From a virus (Duplodnaviria > Caudoviricetes), in the IMG/VR virus record IMGVR_UViG_3300020473_000002, positions 1 to 51,063 of that record: 51,063 nt of DNA; one strand, given 5' to 3'. The notes beneath the pieces were generated by a model that searched no databases, was not told the DNA's origin, and saw only the letters and a program-made list of their open reading frames with translations. Each line of letters begins with the position of its first letter. The first letter of the stretch is position 1. Shown here one piece after another: positions 9,455 through 18,774 of the stretch. A program made the translations under genes and the position numbers.

Positions 9455-9868
9455 TCATGCCCACTCCTCTTTTAATGATCGGTTTAAACGCGCTTGCTCT
9501 TGGCGTTCTTCTATTAACTCGCGGGTGCATTTGCGGCGTTCTTTATACTCGGGCCGTGGCTCGTTGTTTTCTTCTGGCGGTTCTACCTTGTCATTATTTG
9601 GGCGCATTATTGATAAAGAGATAGCCGGTTTAATTTTCCGCTTAGACGAGCGCCTTTTAATACCGGCGTAATTACCTGTGCTTTCATAGCTTTTACGGTC
9701 GCAACCACACCCTTTAACATTTCCTAAATTGCATTTTTTAACTACACGCTGAGTGCCACATATACACTTACACAAAAATTGTTGGGCGCGTTTATTGTCG
9801 CGCTCCGCCTCACTGATCACAGTCCAGTTTTTAAATACATCACCGGCAGTTACTAAACCTTTAGCCAT
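9455..9868 (-). CDS. Hypothetical protein with Cys-rich N-terminus
   Basis: CKCICG...GCGC; coupled in operon. Confidence 0.7.
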   Translation of the reverse strand: MAKGLVTAGDVFKNWTVISEAERDNKRAQQFLCKCICGTQRVVKKCNLGNVKGCGCDRKSYESTGNYAGIKRRSSKRKIKPAISLSIMRPNNDKVEPPEENNEPRPEYKERRKCTRELIEERQEQARLNRSLKEEWA

Positions 9869-10140
9869 TATGCATCCCCCATTAGCGACTTAGGGCGCGC
9901 AAATAACAACGCCGTGTTTTGCAATACATCTATCGACTGCTTACGGCCCGCAATACTCACCACTTTTATGCGGTGCTCGGGTGTAAATTTTTGCTCAACT
10001 TTATAGCGCGGATCATCAACCAAGTTATTTATAAAACGCTGGCCCTGCTGCGACGACTTACCAAACAAGCGGCCAACGTCTAACGCGTTAAAATAGCCGC
10101 CATCGTTTAGTAGCTTTTCTGCTGCTGCTTTAGTGCTCAT
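9868..10140 (-). CDS. Hypothetical phage protein
   Basis: Overlapping start/stop codons within the leftward operon. Confidence 0.7.
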   Translation of the reverse strand: MSTKAAAEKLLNDGGYFNALDVGRLFGKSSQQGQRFINNLVDDPRYKVEQKFTPEHRIKVVSIAGRKQSIDVLQNTALLFARPKSLMGDA

Positions 10141-10798
10141 TAGCTACCACCTTATCAATGTTGCTTTTAATAAGTTCAAACTCAATTACCCATACCCACG
10201 GGTTTTCATCCCAGTTTGAATAAATAGAATCCCACAATTTATAAAAGCCATTTTTAAAACGTGGTGTAGTTGGGCAATTACCAAACTCGTCTATAAATGC
10301 AGGGGCGCACCCTTCTCTTTGGGCGCTTTCTTCTGTTATTAATTGCACTCTTTCACAACGAACGTTAGTTACGCGCAATGTTAAGCGGCTCGCTTTCCTC
10401 GGCATATGAATAGACGGTTTCCATTTAACCTCATCTAATTCGGTAGCGCCCTCTTGATATGCAAACTGGCGGGGGATAAATCGGCAATCGCCCGTGCATT
10501 GTTCAATAATCAATTCTCTATCGTCGGGGTGCTCTGCATCCACTTCCTCAAAACGCCCTATGCAAAAAGTTTCACGAACCCAAATAAGATCACCGATTTT
10601 AAACGGGGCCGCGTTAGCAGTTGCATGCCCTGCCACTATCGGCAAATAATCAAGCGAGCTAGCAGCGCCCCATTTAAAATCCCAAAAAGCACCATTTTTA
10701 ATAGGCTGATTGCTTAGCGGTCTACGTGTAACAGTCTTACGACCATCAACTAACGCTGTAACCATTTGCTGGTTAAATATCATTGGTATGGTTTTCAT
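10130..10798 (-). CDS. ASCH-like phage protein
   Basis: PMIFNQQMV..GRKTVTRR, GDLIWVRET, WKPSIHMPR and NPWVWVIEF motifs. Confidence 0.8.
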   Translation of the reverse strand: MKTIPMIFNQQMVTALVDGRKTVTRRPLSNQPIKNGAFWDFKWGAASSLDYLPIVAGHATANAAPFKIGDLIWVRETFCIGRFEEVDAEHPDDRELIIEQCTGDCRFIPRQFAYQEGATELDEVKWKPSIHMPRKASRLTLRVTNVRCERVQLITEESAQREGCAPAFIDEFGNCPTTPRFKNGFYKLWDSIYSNWDENPWVWVIEFELIKSNIDKVVANEH

Positions 10799-11058
10799 AA
10801 TTCTTCCCTCGCTGGCTTGCATTTAGGCATTGGCATTTGATTTTGTAAGAGTGGCAAATTAAAAGGACGTTTTGGGGGTGGCGGCGGAGCTCTAAAACCG
10901 CATGATTCAAGTGAGCTTCTTTTTCGCATAACTTCAAGCTCTACATTGACCGACCCCGACCCCAAACAATAAGAGGCAATAACGGCGCATAACATCACAA
11001 GCGCCAGGGCAAACGCTAAACCTAAAAATTCAGGGATGGTAAATTGCAAAATAATCAT
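10795..11058 (-). CDS. Small membrane protein with Pro-rich tail
   Basis: N-terminal TM helix; ATGA overlaps on both sides. Confidence 0.65.
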   Translation of the reverse strand: MIILQFTIPEFLGLAFALALVMLCAVIASYCLGSGSVNVELEVMRKRSSLESCGFRAPPPPPKRPFNLPLLQNQMPMPKCKPAREEL

Positions 11059-11885
11059 AAATAAAGTCCTTTTCTCATTGCTTTTATAAGTCGAGCGCTT
11101 GGCTCTAGGTTTGAATGTTTATCCTTTAAAAAATACTTAACTACCATGCACACCAAATGGGCGCGCTTATACGCCTTATTAAGATGCACAATATTATTTG
11201 TTTGCTGGCTAAGCTGGGCAAAAAACACGGCGCGGTCTAAGTAATGATTAATAAACGGCAGCAATATAAAATCTTTGGCCACTTCACGTTTAAGTAAAGT
11301 CGCTTTTTCAAATTCAGATTGGGCAAGCTCGTGCATAACATCAAAGGCGCAAATTGTTACGGATAGATTGACGAGCTTTCTACCGCGTGGGCGGGGTAAA
11401 ATTGTTAATGATTCACCCGCATTTTTTGCGTGCAATGCAAGTTCTAAAAACTGCTTTTGCCACGGCGCTAACGGCTTTTTGCTTACCCGCTCTACAAAGG
11501 TGTTTACTGTTTGTTGCTCATCTAACATTTTCTGGCCATGCTCAGGGTTTAGTTTTTCGAGCCCTATTTGATGCTCTTGAAAAGCGCGTTCGATTTGTGC
11601 TTGGTGCCAATCGCGGTCAATAGCGCGGCGATCTATAAATTCAAAATCATTACGCTCCCCCAATAAATAGCGAGGCAAGCCGAGCGTGCTGCAAATTATG
11701 CGGCGTTCTTCTTTCAAGCGTTCAACCTCTTTTAAGAAATGCTGAGTTCGCCCAAGCTGCCTAGCTGACTTAATAAACTGTGTTTGAAAGTCCAATTTTT
11801 TATGCTCATAAACAGCTTTTTCTTCATCAAATAAAGGCCGTTTAAGCACCAGTTTTATTGCTACCGTAAGCTGATTTAATCTCAT
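11055..11885 (-). CDS. Hypothetical protein
   Basis: 276-aa ORF with SD, in operon. Confidence 0.7.
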   Translation of the reverse strand: MRLNQLTVAIKLVLKRPLFDEEKAVYEHKKLDFQTQFIKSARQLGRTQHFLKEVERLKEERRIICSTLGLPRYLLGERNDFEFIDRRAIDRDWHQAQIERAFQEHQIGLEKLNPEHGQKMLDEQQTVNTFVERVSKKPLAPWQKQFLELALHAKNAGESLTILPRPRGRKLVNLSVTICAFDVMHELAQSEFEKATLLKREVAKDFILLPFINHYLDRAVFFAQLSQQTNNIVHLNKAYKRAHLVCMVVKYFLKDKHSNLEPSARLIKAMRKGLYL

Positions 11886-11939
11886 ATTTCATCTTCCTTC
11901 TTGTAAAACACTAAAAGTGCGCCACAGTCCTTGTTACTA

Positions 11940-13157
11940 CTAAACACAAGCTGGCGCGTTAAAATCGTAGGGTCTCGCCGTGGTCTCGCTTTTAGCAGTG
12001 GCTAATACCTGCATTAAATGCGTTGCCCAAAACGTTAAAGCCTCGCGCTTTTTAATCGCCCCCGTGGTTTGTATATAAGCGGCATTCAAATCAGATAACG
12101 CATGATTTAAAAGCAGCTCAGCAATCACCGAATCGATACCTAAATCTAACCAGCGGCCACGGCAAAACTTGCGTAAATCATGCGCGGTATATTTACCCTC
12201 ACTGACTAATTGCACGTATTTATTTGCTTCATTTTCATTAATAGCGCCACGGGTTTTGGCTGGGAACACATACGCACTGCGCGTGGTTTTACTTTGCTGT
12301 TTGTGCCAGGTAATTAACTGCTCAAACGCTAAATTGCTCAGCGGTATTGAATGCTCAGAGGTTTTGGTAATGCTCGCGGGTAACGTAATAATCTTGTTTG
12401 TTGTATCTATATAATCCCAACGTAACTGGCGCGTTTCACCAATTCGGGTTGCGTGTAGCAACATAAACCAGCACAGCATTTTAGGGGCGCTGGTTGGCGT
12501 CATTAAACTAAGCGCTAATTCACGCTCATTTTTAATGGTTAACTTTGCTTTTTTAGGGGTTATTTTTGCAGGGATAAACGTTTTAAATGAGGTATCAGCC
12601 AGCGGGTTAGACTCTATTAAATTGTTTTTTAATGCTTGGCTTAAGGCGCGTTTTAATAGCTGAAAATGCTGGCGAACCGTGCTTATTGCATACGCATTTT
12701 GCAATGGCCATATTAATTCGTTTTCACACGTAAAGTTATCAAAGCTTAATAAATCACACTCACCCAGTAACGGGATCAAGTGTTTACTAACTGACGAGGT
12801 AATATTAATGCGGCGTTTTTCGCTAATGGTCTTATTTACTTGCTCGCGCTCAACGTACCACGTAAGTAACTGGCCAATCGTGTCAAACTGGCTTACTGTA
12901 ACCGGCTTATCTAACTGCAGCTTAACCATTAAATCTGGCACTAAACCCAGCGCTTTTTTACAGTTAAACACCGGCCATGTACCAAACTTATGCCATTTAT
13001 CGGCTTTAAAATCGACTAAATACCAACTGCCCGTGGCGCGCGAGGCATGCATTTTTAATATCAGCGGATAGCGGCCATCACGAAAACGTGTAATGTTTTT
13101 ATCATCACCATGACTTTTTATTAAATTATCCGTTAAATTTGCTCGTAATGTTGCCAT
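11940..13157 (-). CDS. Tyrosine recombinase/integrase
   Basis: ATRIGE (R), TKT (K), HDLRK (HxxR), LNHA (H) and AAY (Y); start uncertain (13157 or 13178). Confidence 0.92.
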   Translation of the reverse strand: MATLRANLTDNLIKSHGDDKNITRFRDGRYPLILKMHASRATGSWYLVDFKADKWHKFGTWPVFNCKKALGLVPDLMVKLQLDKPVTVSQFDTIGQLLTWYVEREQVNKTISEKRRINITSSVSKHLIPLLGECDLLSFDNFTCENELIWPLQNAYAISTVRQHFQLLKRALSQALKNNLIESNPLADTSFKTFIPAKITPKKAKLTIKNERELALSLMTPTSAPKMLCWFMLLHATRIGETRQLRWDYIDTTNKIITLPASITKTSEHSIPLSNLAFEQLITWHKQQSKTTRSAYVFPAKTRGAINENEANKYVQLVSEGKYTAHDLRKFCRGRWLDLGIDSVIAELLLNHALSDLNAAYIQTTGAIKKREALTFWATHLMQVLATAKSETTARPYDFNAPACV

Positions 13158-13193
13158 GTTTATGCACACCTTTTGCACAAAATATGTTAATAA

Positions 13194-13364
13194 CTACAGT
13201 TTGAATTGCTGGTCTAAATCACGTAGCGCGAGCATATCCTCTTGCACTCTGCGACGGCGAACCAGCTTAGGATCTGCCTTAATTTGTTTTTCTTTAGTGG
13301 GGCGTTTTTTCCAGCCGTTATACTGGCTTTTTTGCTCACCCATTGGCTCTAAAAAATCACTCAT
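13194..13364 (-). CDS. 56-aa basic hypothetical protein (not in ORF track)
   Basis: MSDFLEPMGEQKSQYNGWKKRP...QQFKL*; ATGA overlap with the Q stop. Confidence 0.65.
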   Translation of the reverse strand: MSDFLEPMGEQKSQYNGWKKRPTKEKQIKADPKLVRRRRVQEDMLALRDLDQQFKL

Positions 13365-13765
13365 AAATCACCTGTATTTAATAACGTTGTTTCTAAGTAG
13401 TCGCGGGCCTCTTTTAGCCTGCGGTTATAGGTTCGCAAACTCATACCCATGCGCAGTGCGCGGGCATCGCGCTTAGCATCGATGGGCAAATTAGGTAAAA
13501 ACGACGCGCCATACTCAACACGACATACCGCCACCGCGCTTGCATTGGTAACGGCTAAACGCATCAACGCCGCCTCAATATTCAATTCAACACAATCAAT
13601 CATTGGTGAACTCCCGCCGCCACTGCGAGCAAAGCTGTCACCATCCATTATTTTTTGTAATATCGATTTTGCTTTTACCACTTGCCCCGTATGCACCCAG
13701 CGCGCCCACATATCTAAAAGGCGCGACAATCGGGCGGTGTAATTTACAGTGAGCGGGCGGGTCAT
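13361..13765 (-). CDS. Antiterminator Q-like protein
   Basis: LLDMWARWV N-terminus, C-terminal HTH (ALRMGMSLRTYNRRLKEA), upstream of the late operon. Confidence 0.75.
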   Translation of the reverse strand: MTRPLTVNYTARLSRLLDMWARWVHTGQVVKAKSILQKIMDGDSFARSGGGSSPMIDCVELNIEAALMRLAVTNASAVAVCRVEYGASFLPNLPIDAKRDARALRMGMSLRTYNRRLKEARDYLETTLLNTGDL

Positions 13766-13767
13766 AA

Positions 13768-14190
13768 TTACTTAGCCTTTTTTCTAAACGAGCGGTGTTT
13801 TATCTTGCACTCGCTTAACACTTCATCTACGCACAACACATGGCCAGGTAAACCACGGCCCACCAAATCGGGTATGTAATGCAAATCGTGTAGCGGGCTA
13901 ATGCTTATTTCGTTTGTGTAAAGCGGCGAAAGCGGCCCGTATTGGTGGCAAACAATCGCGCCCATTTTGCGCAGTAAATTAAGTTCCTGCGCCGTTTGCG
14001 GGTTCGACACCACAGTAACGCGGCGCTCAGTTACCCGATCTGGTATTTGCTGTAACTGAATTAAACGGTTTTTAACATCCGTCACACGCGTTAAATTCAC
14101 GTGGGCCGAATAGCCTTGGTGTTGGTGCTCAATGTAATTAAACGTTTTTTTAAGCACCTCGCCGGTATTAGCAAACAAAACAATAATCAT
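13768..14190 (-). CDS. Hypothetical protein
   Basis: Coupled to cro. Confidence 0.7.
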   Translation of the reverse strand: MIIVLFANTGEVLKKTFNYIEHQHQGYSAHVNLTRVTDVKNRLIQLQQIPDRVTERRVTVVSNPQTAQELNLLRKMGAIVCHQYGPLSPLYTNEISISPLHDLHYIPDLVGRGLPGHVLCVDEVLSECKIKHRSFRKKAK

Positions 14191-14414
14191 GCGCTCACCT
14201 TCTTTTTCTTTTTATTTATGTAATCTTGCTGCCAACGCTGCACATCAATTTCATTACGGCTTTTAAGCACAATTACTTGGCAATTGTTGGTGTGCGGAAA
14301 GCGCTCACACGCGTAGTAGCTCCTAAACGTGCGGTAGCTAATACCCAAAAAGCGCGCGGCCTTTCCACCGCCGTTCGCACCAAACGTTTTATCTACCCAC
14401 TCTTTGAAAGTCAT
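14187..14414 (-). CDS. cro: Cro-like HTH protein
   Basis: KAARFLGISYRTFRSYY HTH, divergent from cI; start at ATG 14414. Confidence 0.75.
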   Translation of the reverse strand: MTFKEWVDKTFGANGGGKAARFLGISYRTFRSYYACERFPHTNNCQVIVLKSRNEIDVQRWQQDYINKKKKKVSA

Positions 14415-14446
14415 TAAAACACCCTTTATGTTATAAATATAAAAAT

Positions 14447-14525
14447 AACACAAACTGTGTTAAAAATGAAACATAAATCGTGTTAATTTAAAGCTGATAA
14501 CGTGACGAATGACACAAAGTGTGTT
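14447..14525. promoter_or_regulatory. cI/cro operator region, three AACAC-N5-GTGTT sites
   Basis: Sites at 14447-14461, 14470-14484 and 14511-14525. Confidence 0.8.
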
Positions 14526-14560
14526 AAGTTTTCAATAAGTAATATGAATTGGGATTAACC

Positions 14561-15187
14561 ATGACAGAGTTAACAAAAACAGACACAGTGCAAAACACTG
14601 ATAAACAAGCAGAACGCATACGCCAAGCGCGTTTAAATGCTGGTTTGTCACAGTACGCAGCCGCCGAAAAGCTAGGCGTGGGGCAATCGCGTGTTTCTAA
14701 TTACGAAAACAAAATAAACAAACGCATACCGCCCGAATTTATACGCATGTGCGCCAAAGCTTATAACTGCTCGCTTGAGTATTTATATGGTTTTAGTGAC
14801 GACATAACCGGCGGTTACACATACCGGCCAATAAAAAAAGACAGCGTAATAGCCGTAAACCGCAACGCGCTTTCATCGTGGGGATTAGATTTAAGTGATT
14901 TAGACGAGGTAATTGTTAGCGACCAAGCAATGCAAGACACCTTTACCAAAGGCACTGAAATTATCATTACTAAAAAAATAGGTGATATAAGTAAACCGGC
15001 CATTTATGCAATAGAGCAAGACGGCCAATTACTTATGCGCGGCATACGTAAAGAGCTAAGTGGTAATTACACCTTGTTTGTGCAAAACAAACACACTTAC
15101 GACGACCAAACGTTAAGCGAAAACGAGCTAAAAAACCTTAACATTATTGGTAAATACATCGGGCACTGGCAGTTAGCCAGCATTTAA
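14561..15187 (+). CDS. cI: CI-like repressor (XRE HTH plus degenerate S24-like domain)
   Basis: RIRQARLNAGLSQYAAAEKLGVGQSRVSNYEN; C-terminal S24-like domain. Confidence 0.88.
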   Translation: MTELTKTDTVQNTDKQAERIRQARLNAGLSQYAAAEKLGVGQSRVSNYENKINKRIPPEFIRMCAKAYNCSLEYLYGFSDDITGGYTYRPIKKDSVIAVNRNALSSWGLDLSDLDEVIVSDQAMQDTFTKGTEIIITKKIGDISKPAIYAIEQDGQLLMRGIRKELSGNYTLFVQNKHTYDDQTLSENELKNLNIIGKYIGHWQLASI

Positions 15188-15265
15188 GCCAACACGGCTT
15201 TTTTGCGCCCACAACAAACACAATACATGTTAAACATAATACGTTTAACACAAATAAGGATCACC

Positions 15266-15523
15266 ATGCAGACATTAACTACCGTACAAAACGCCGTAGA
15301 ACGTAAATTAAACCGCCAAGCGGCGCGCAGTCTTTCAATGAAAAACAACGCGCAGGCCATTATTGAGCTAGCCGAAGCCGTTAAAGCTAACCCGCAAGCA
15401 ATAGACGACATTATTGATTTAGCCAACGCAATCAGTATGGACGCCGAAGATTTAAAAGCCGACTTAGGCAGCGCAGTAAATGCCATTGCAGATATACACA
15501 CGCTAAGGATCAGCCATGCTTAA
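15266..15523 (+). CDS. Hypothetical helical protein
   Basis: AAGGA SD before ATG 15266. Confidence 0.7.
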   Translation: MQTLTTVQNAVERKLNRQAARSLSMKNNAQAIIELAEAVKANPQAIDDIIDLANAISMDAEDLKADLGSAVNAIADIHTLRISHA

Positions 15524-15830
15524 CCCACAACAAACGCACCTATTAAATGAACTTGCCAAAGGCAAAACGCATTACGAAATAGGCGCACAAAACAGCCTTA
15601 ACCAAACCGAGTTAAAAATAGAGCTGCGCAACATGCAAGCCCGCTTAGGTGCAAAAACCTTAGCGCACCTTATGCATCGTGCATGGGAGCTGGGCCTATT
15701 AGGCGCGCGCACATTATGTTTATGCCTTGCTGTTTTAGGCGCAAGCACCGCAAACGATGTAACAAAAATGCGCCCTGTACGCACGGTACGCACTCAAATG
15801 CGCAGTGGTCGCCGCACTGAGGTGGCATAG
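15516..15830 (+). CDS. LuxR-type HTH protein
   Basis: LNPQQTHLLNELAKGKTHYEIG..LRNMQARLGAKTLAHLMHRAWELGLL. Confidence 0.75.
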   Translation: MLNPQQTHLLNELAKGKTHYEIGAQNSLNQTELKIELRNMQARLGAKTLAHLMHRAWELGLLGARTLCLCLAVLGASTANDVTKMRPVRTVRTQMRSGRRTEVA

Positions 15831-15831
15831 C

Positions 15832-16476
15832 ATGGCATCAAACAACAACCACCAAAGTAAAAGCAACAAAGCAGGGCGCGACACCACACAAACCCCGCTT
15901 TGGCTATTTGAGGCGCTAAACAGCCAATATAACTATGTGCTTGACGCCGCCGCCCTTAAAAAATCAGCATTGTGCGCCAGGTATTACACCCCACGTAACA
16001 ACGCATTAAAAAAAGATTGGTCGGCCGATATAGGGCTTTATTTAGACGCAAACAGCCCCACTCCTGCAGCATGGTTAAACCCGCCATACAGCAACATTTT
16101 ACCGTGGATAAATAAAGTAATAGAGCAGCAACATAAAGGCATATTAACCACGCTTTTAGTACCACGCGACAACCGCACCGAGTGGTGGCCAGCCAATAGC
16201 GCCAGCAAAATAATAGACATAGTGGGTTATTACGAAGATCAAGGCGTGTACTTACGCGGCCCCAAAAAAGGCCAGCCAAAACGTAAATGGCGCAGTGGCG
16301 GTATTCGCTTTATTAACTCGCTCACCGGCAAAGAGCTACCCGCCGAGCTAAACAAACCCATGTGCATTATAGAGTTCAACCCAAACTTAATTGGCCAACC
16401 ATGCCAATACAGCACCATACCTAAAAACGTATTAATGGCCCTAGGCCAACAAGCACTAGCAAAAAAGAGTAAATAA
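15832..16476 (+). CDS. Phage N6-adenine DNA methyltransferase (phage Dam family)
   Basis: QTPLWLF, LDAAA and WLNPPYS motifs. Confidence 0.9.
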   Translation: MASNNNHQSKSNKAGRDTTQTPLWLFEALNSQYNYVLDAAALKKSALCARYYTPRNNALKKDWSADIGLYLDANSPTPAAWLNPPYSNILPWINKVIEQQHKGILTTLLVPRDNRTEWWPANSASKIIDIVGYYEDQGVYLRGPKKGQPKRKWRSGGIRFINSLTGKELPAELNKPMCIIEFNPNLIGQPCQYSTIPKNVLMALGQQALAKKSK

Positions 16477-16478
16477 CC

Positions 16479-17426
16479 ATGCAAAAAACACAAGTAACCC
16501 ACGAAGAACACGCCGCACTAAGCCAATTGCACTTGGTAGATAGCACCGAGAGCGAGGCACATTCAAGCGACACGCTCACCCGTTTTGTAGAGCAATACAA
16601 CGCCGAGCAAATACAGGCCGAGCAACAAGCGCAAATACACGCGCTATATAAGCAAAACACGCAAGACGAAATAGCCATACTAAAATCAAAATTAGAGGCC
16701 GAAAAACGCCTAACAGCTACACAGGATGAAAAACTAACCGAGCAAAGCGACGACTTAAAGCGCGCTGCAGTGGCCGTAGAGAACGGCGTAATAATTGCGC
16801 GAAAAGTAACAGCAAAAGACAACGAAATTGTAAGATTGCAAAGCCAGCTTAAAGCAGCACAAAACCAACTTAAAACCGCGCAAGAAAAAGTGCGCGAACT
16901 AAGCCAGCTAAACCCCAAAAAGCTAAAAGAGCAAGCAAAACGCCAAGCGGTAGCCAACGAAAAAGCACAAAGCCGCAACAAAAAATTAGAGCTAGAAAAA
17001 AAGGAACTTAAAGCCGAAGTAAGCGCATTAAAAGAGCAACGCAACATGGCCGTAAACAAAGTGGCCGAACTAAAGCAAAAACTTGAGCATAACACCGGCG
17101 CTGGGGTTTACCACAACGGCGAACACCACCTAATAATATGGCCGCAAAAAACCAAAATGCAGCGCGAGGACGGCACCCAATTTGAAAGCAGATCACTGTT
17201 ATACCTACACCAAAGCGGGCGCGGCGGGCTAATTACCCACGACCCACAAGACGGCGCACAACTTTGCGCAGCCCCTAAAGGTGGCTTACGCCCAAGTAAA
17301 GCCGCCCTCGACTTTGCACAAACTTGGTTAAGCCAGGTAAACGACATACAAAACGGCGTTGTAACCGACGCCGACATGATCCCCGTTAACTTTAACGCCG
17401 ACCTACAAGCGGCTGAATACGATTAA
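16479..17426 (+). CDS. Long coiled-coil hypothetical protein
   Basis: Heptad-rich N-terminal two thirds, globular C-terminus. Confidence 0.75.
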   Translation: MQKTQVTHEEHAALSQLHLVDSTESEAHSSDTLTRFVEQYNAEQIQAEQQAQIHALYKQNTQDEIAILKSKLEAEKRLTATQDEKLTEQSDDLKRAAVAVENGVIIARKVTAKDNEIVRLQSQLKAAQNQLKTAQEKVRELSQLNPKKLKEQAKRQAVANEKAQSRNKKLELEKKELKAEVSALKEQRNMAVNKVAELKQKLEHNTGAGVYHNGEHHLIIWPQKTKMQREDGTQFESRSLLYLHQSGRGGLITHDPQDGAQLCAAPKGGLRPSKAALDFAQTWLSQVNDIQNGVVTDADMIPVNFNADLQAAEYD

Positions 17427-17437
17427 AGGCCATAAAA

Positions 17438-17767
17438 ATGAAATTATCACTATTATTAACGCTTGCAATAAGTGTCATTTTTTCACCTATTGCAACCAGC
17501 AAAGGGGCTGCAACGGCCTCAGCGGCCACAACACCACGCGGCTCTAATCATGTAAATGGGGTGCATTACTATCGCAGTAGCAACCTAACCCCATATTATA
17601 AAAAGATGGCTGCAGAGCGTATCTTTTATATTGACGATAAAGCCTTTGCCACGCACAAAAGCCTTGGCACAATAAGTGTAGGAGAGTTAAAAGGTGGCAA
17701 GTTATTTACCAGCCATTTTGGCGGGCGCTGGTTTTACATCGATGCGTTTAAGGTGACAAAACCATGA
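17438..17767 (+). CDS. Putative exported protein
   Basis: Signal-peptide-like N-terminus. Confidence 0.65.
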   Translation: MKLSLLLTLAISVIFSPIATSKGAATASAATTPRGSNHVNGVHYYRSSNLTPYYKKMAAERIFYIDDKAFATHKSLGTISVGELKGGKLFTSHFGGRWFYIDAFKVTKP

Positions 17768-17955
17768 GAATGACATTTAGTGAATTTAATTTAGTACGTA
17801 ACGCGCGCGGTGCAGATGCCGCTCGTTTTGACATTGTAGATGATGAGGGCGAAAGCTATTGGCTATGGATGAGCAAAACCGACATAAAGCGAAATATTAA
17901 AGCATTCCCTGAATGTAAAGCCGAATTGCAAAAAGGGCTTAATCGCTACGGATAA
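17764..17955 (+). CDS. Hypothetical protein
   Basis: ATGA overlap; ends before a terminator. Confidence 0.65.
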   Translation: MRMTFSEFNLVRNARGADAARFDIVDDEGESYWLWMSKTDIKRNIKAFPECKAELQKGLNRYG

Positions 17956-17985
17956 AAAAAGGGGCCGCGTTAGCGACCCCTTATT
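17954..17985. terminator. Bidirectional terminator
   Basis: A7-GGGGCCGC-gtta-GCGACCCC-TTATTT. Confidence 0.75.
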
Positions 17986-17997
17986 TAACGTAGATAC

Positions 17998-18090
17998 TTA
18001 CTTGCCTTTGCGTTTAAATTGCAAAAGTAGTGCGATTAACTGCGCCACCGATACAAGCAAGGTTACAACTAAAATACATAGCTCTAACAT
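17998..18090 (-). CDS. Type I toxin-like hydrophobic peptide (DinQ-like), 30 aa
   Basis: MLELCILVVTLLVSVAQLIALLLQFKRKGK*; SD sequestered in a hairpin; long leader; own terminator. Confidence 0.8.
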   Translation of the reverse strand: MLELCILVVTLLVSVAQLIALLLQFKRKGK

Positions 18091-18400
18091 CACGTACCCC
18101 CTTTTGGAATTGGGGTAACAAGCAAAAGGGATGCGCCATAGATAAACTTGATCACCTTCACTGCTAATCGTCTAAGATTTGCGCGCTTGCACCCAGTTGG
18201 GCGCGCCGCTGGTTTCCACACCAGCAACCAAGCTATTAAACTTGCTAAGCATTCTACCCTCCATTAAGGTTTACATGCTTCAAATACAACGTAGCAAGCG
18301 CATTAGACCCCTACTTTATAGCTAAATAAAAAGCATAATACAAACTTTATATTGTTGCGCAGCATATTGACGAAGCCGTCATTAAGCGCTATATTCGGAG

Positions 18401-18463
18401 CGTCTAAGATTTGCGCGCTTATGTGTAAAAACAGAAAAACCCGACTTCCAATCGGGTTTTTTT
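18401..18463 (+). ncRNA. Candidate antitoxin sRNA
   Basis: TTGACG-17-TATATT promoter (18367-18395); first 20 nt complementary to the toxin leader (18169-18188); terminator at 18435-18463. Confidence 0.78.
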
Positions 18464-18609
18464 GTGCCTGTAATAAACCACTCATTGCCTATTTATTATT
18501 GTTTTTGCGCTCTATCCGTTCTTGTGTGGCCCAGTGCAATTGGCTAAATTGGCGGTTTGCTTGCATGGCCCGCCAACAATTATAACGACACCATTTTATA
18601 ACATGTGAA

Positions 18610-18768
18610 TTATTCAATGCCGCGCCTCTTTGCTTCAATATCCATTACACGTTGAAATTCAGCGTTTAAGTGAGCTTGGCAATAGCGAACCCCGTAAACA
18701 TCGCATGAGGCTGGTTGCTCGCACACGCTACAAATATTAAATAACCACTTGCGTAATTTAGTAAACAT
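18610..18768 (-). CDS. 52-aa Cys-containing hypothetical protein
   Basis: MFTKLRKWLFNICSVCEQPASCDVYGVRYCQAH...; GAGG SD. Confidence 0.55.
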   Translation of the reverse strand: MFTKLRKWLFNICSVCEQPASCDVYGVRYCQAHLNAEFQRVMDIEAKRRGIE

Positions 18769-18774
18769 ACGCCC

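Noticed and set aside
16421-17095. 224-aa minus-strand ORF and the many other antisense ORFs in the track
   Set aside because: Shadows of well-supported genes on the opposite strand, with no motifs
18303-18585. ORFs 18303-18485 (-) and 18352-18585 (+)
   Set aside because: They overlap the promoters and terminator of the toxin/sRNA locus, which explain the sequence better
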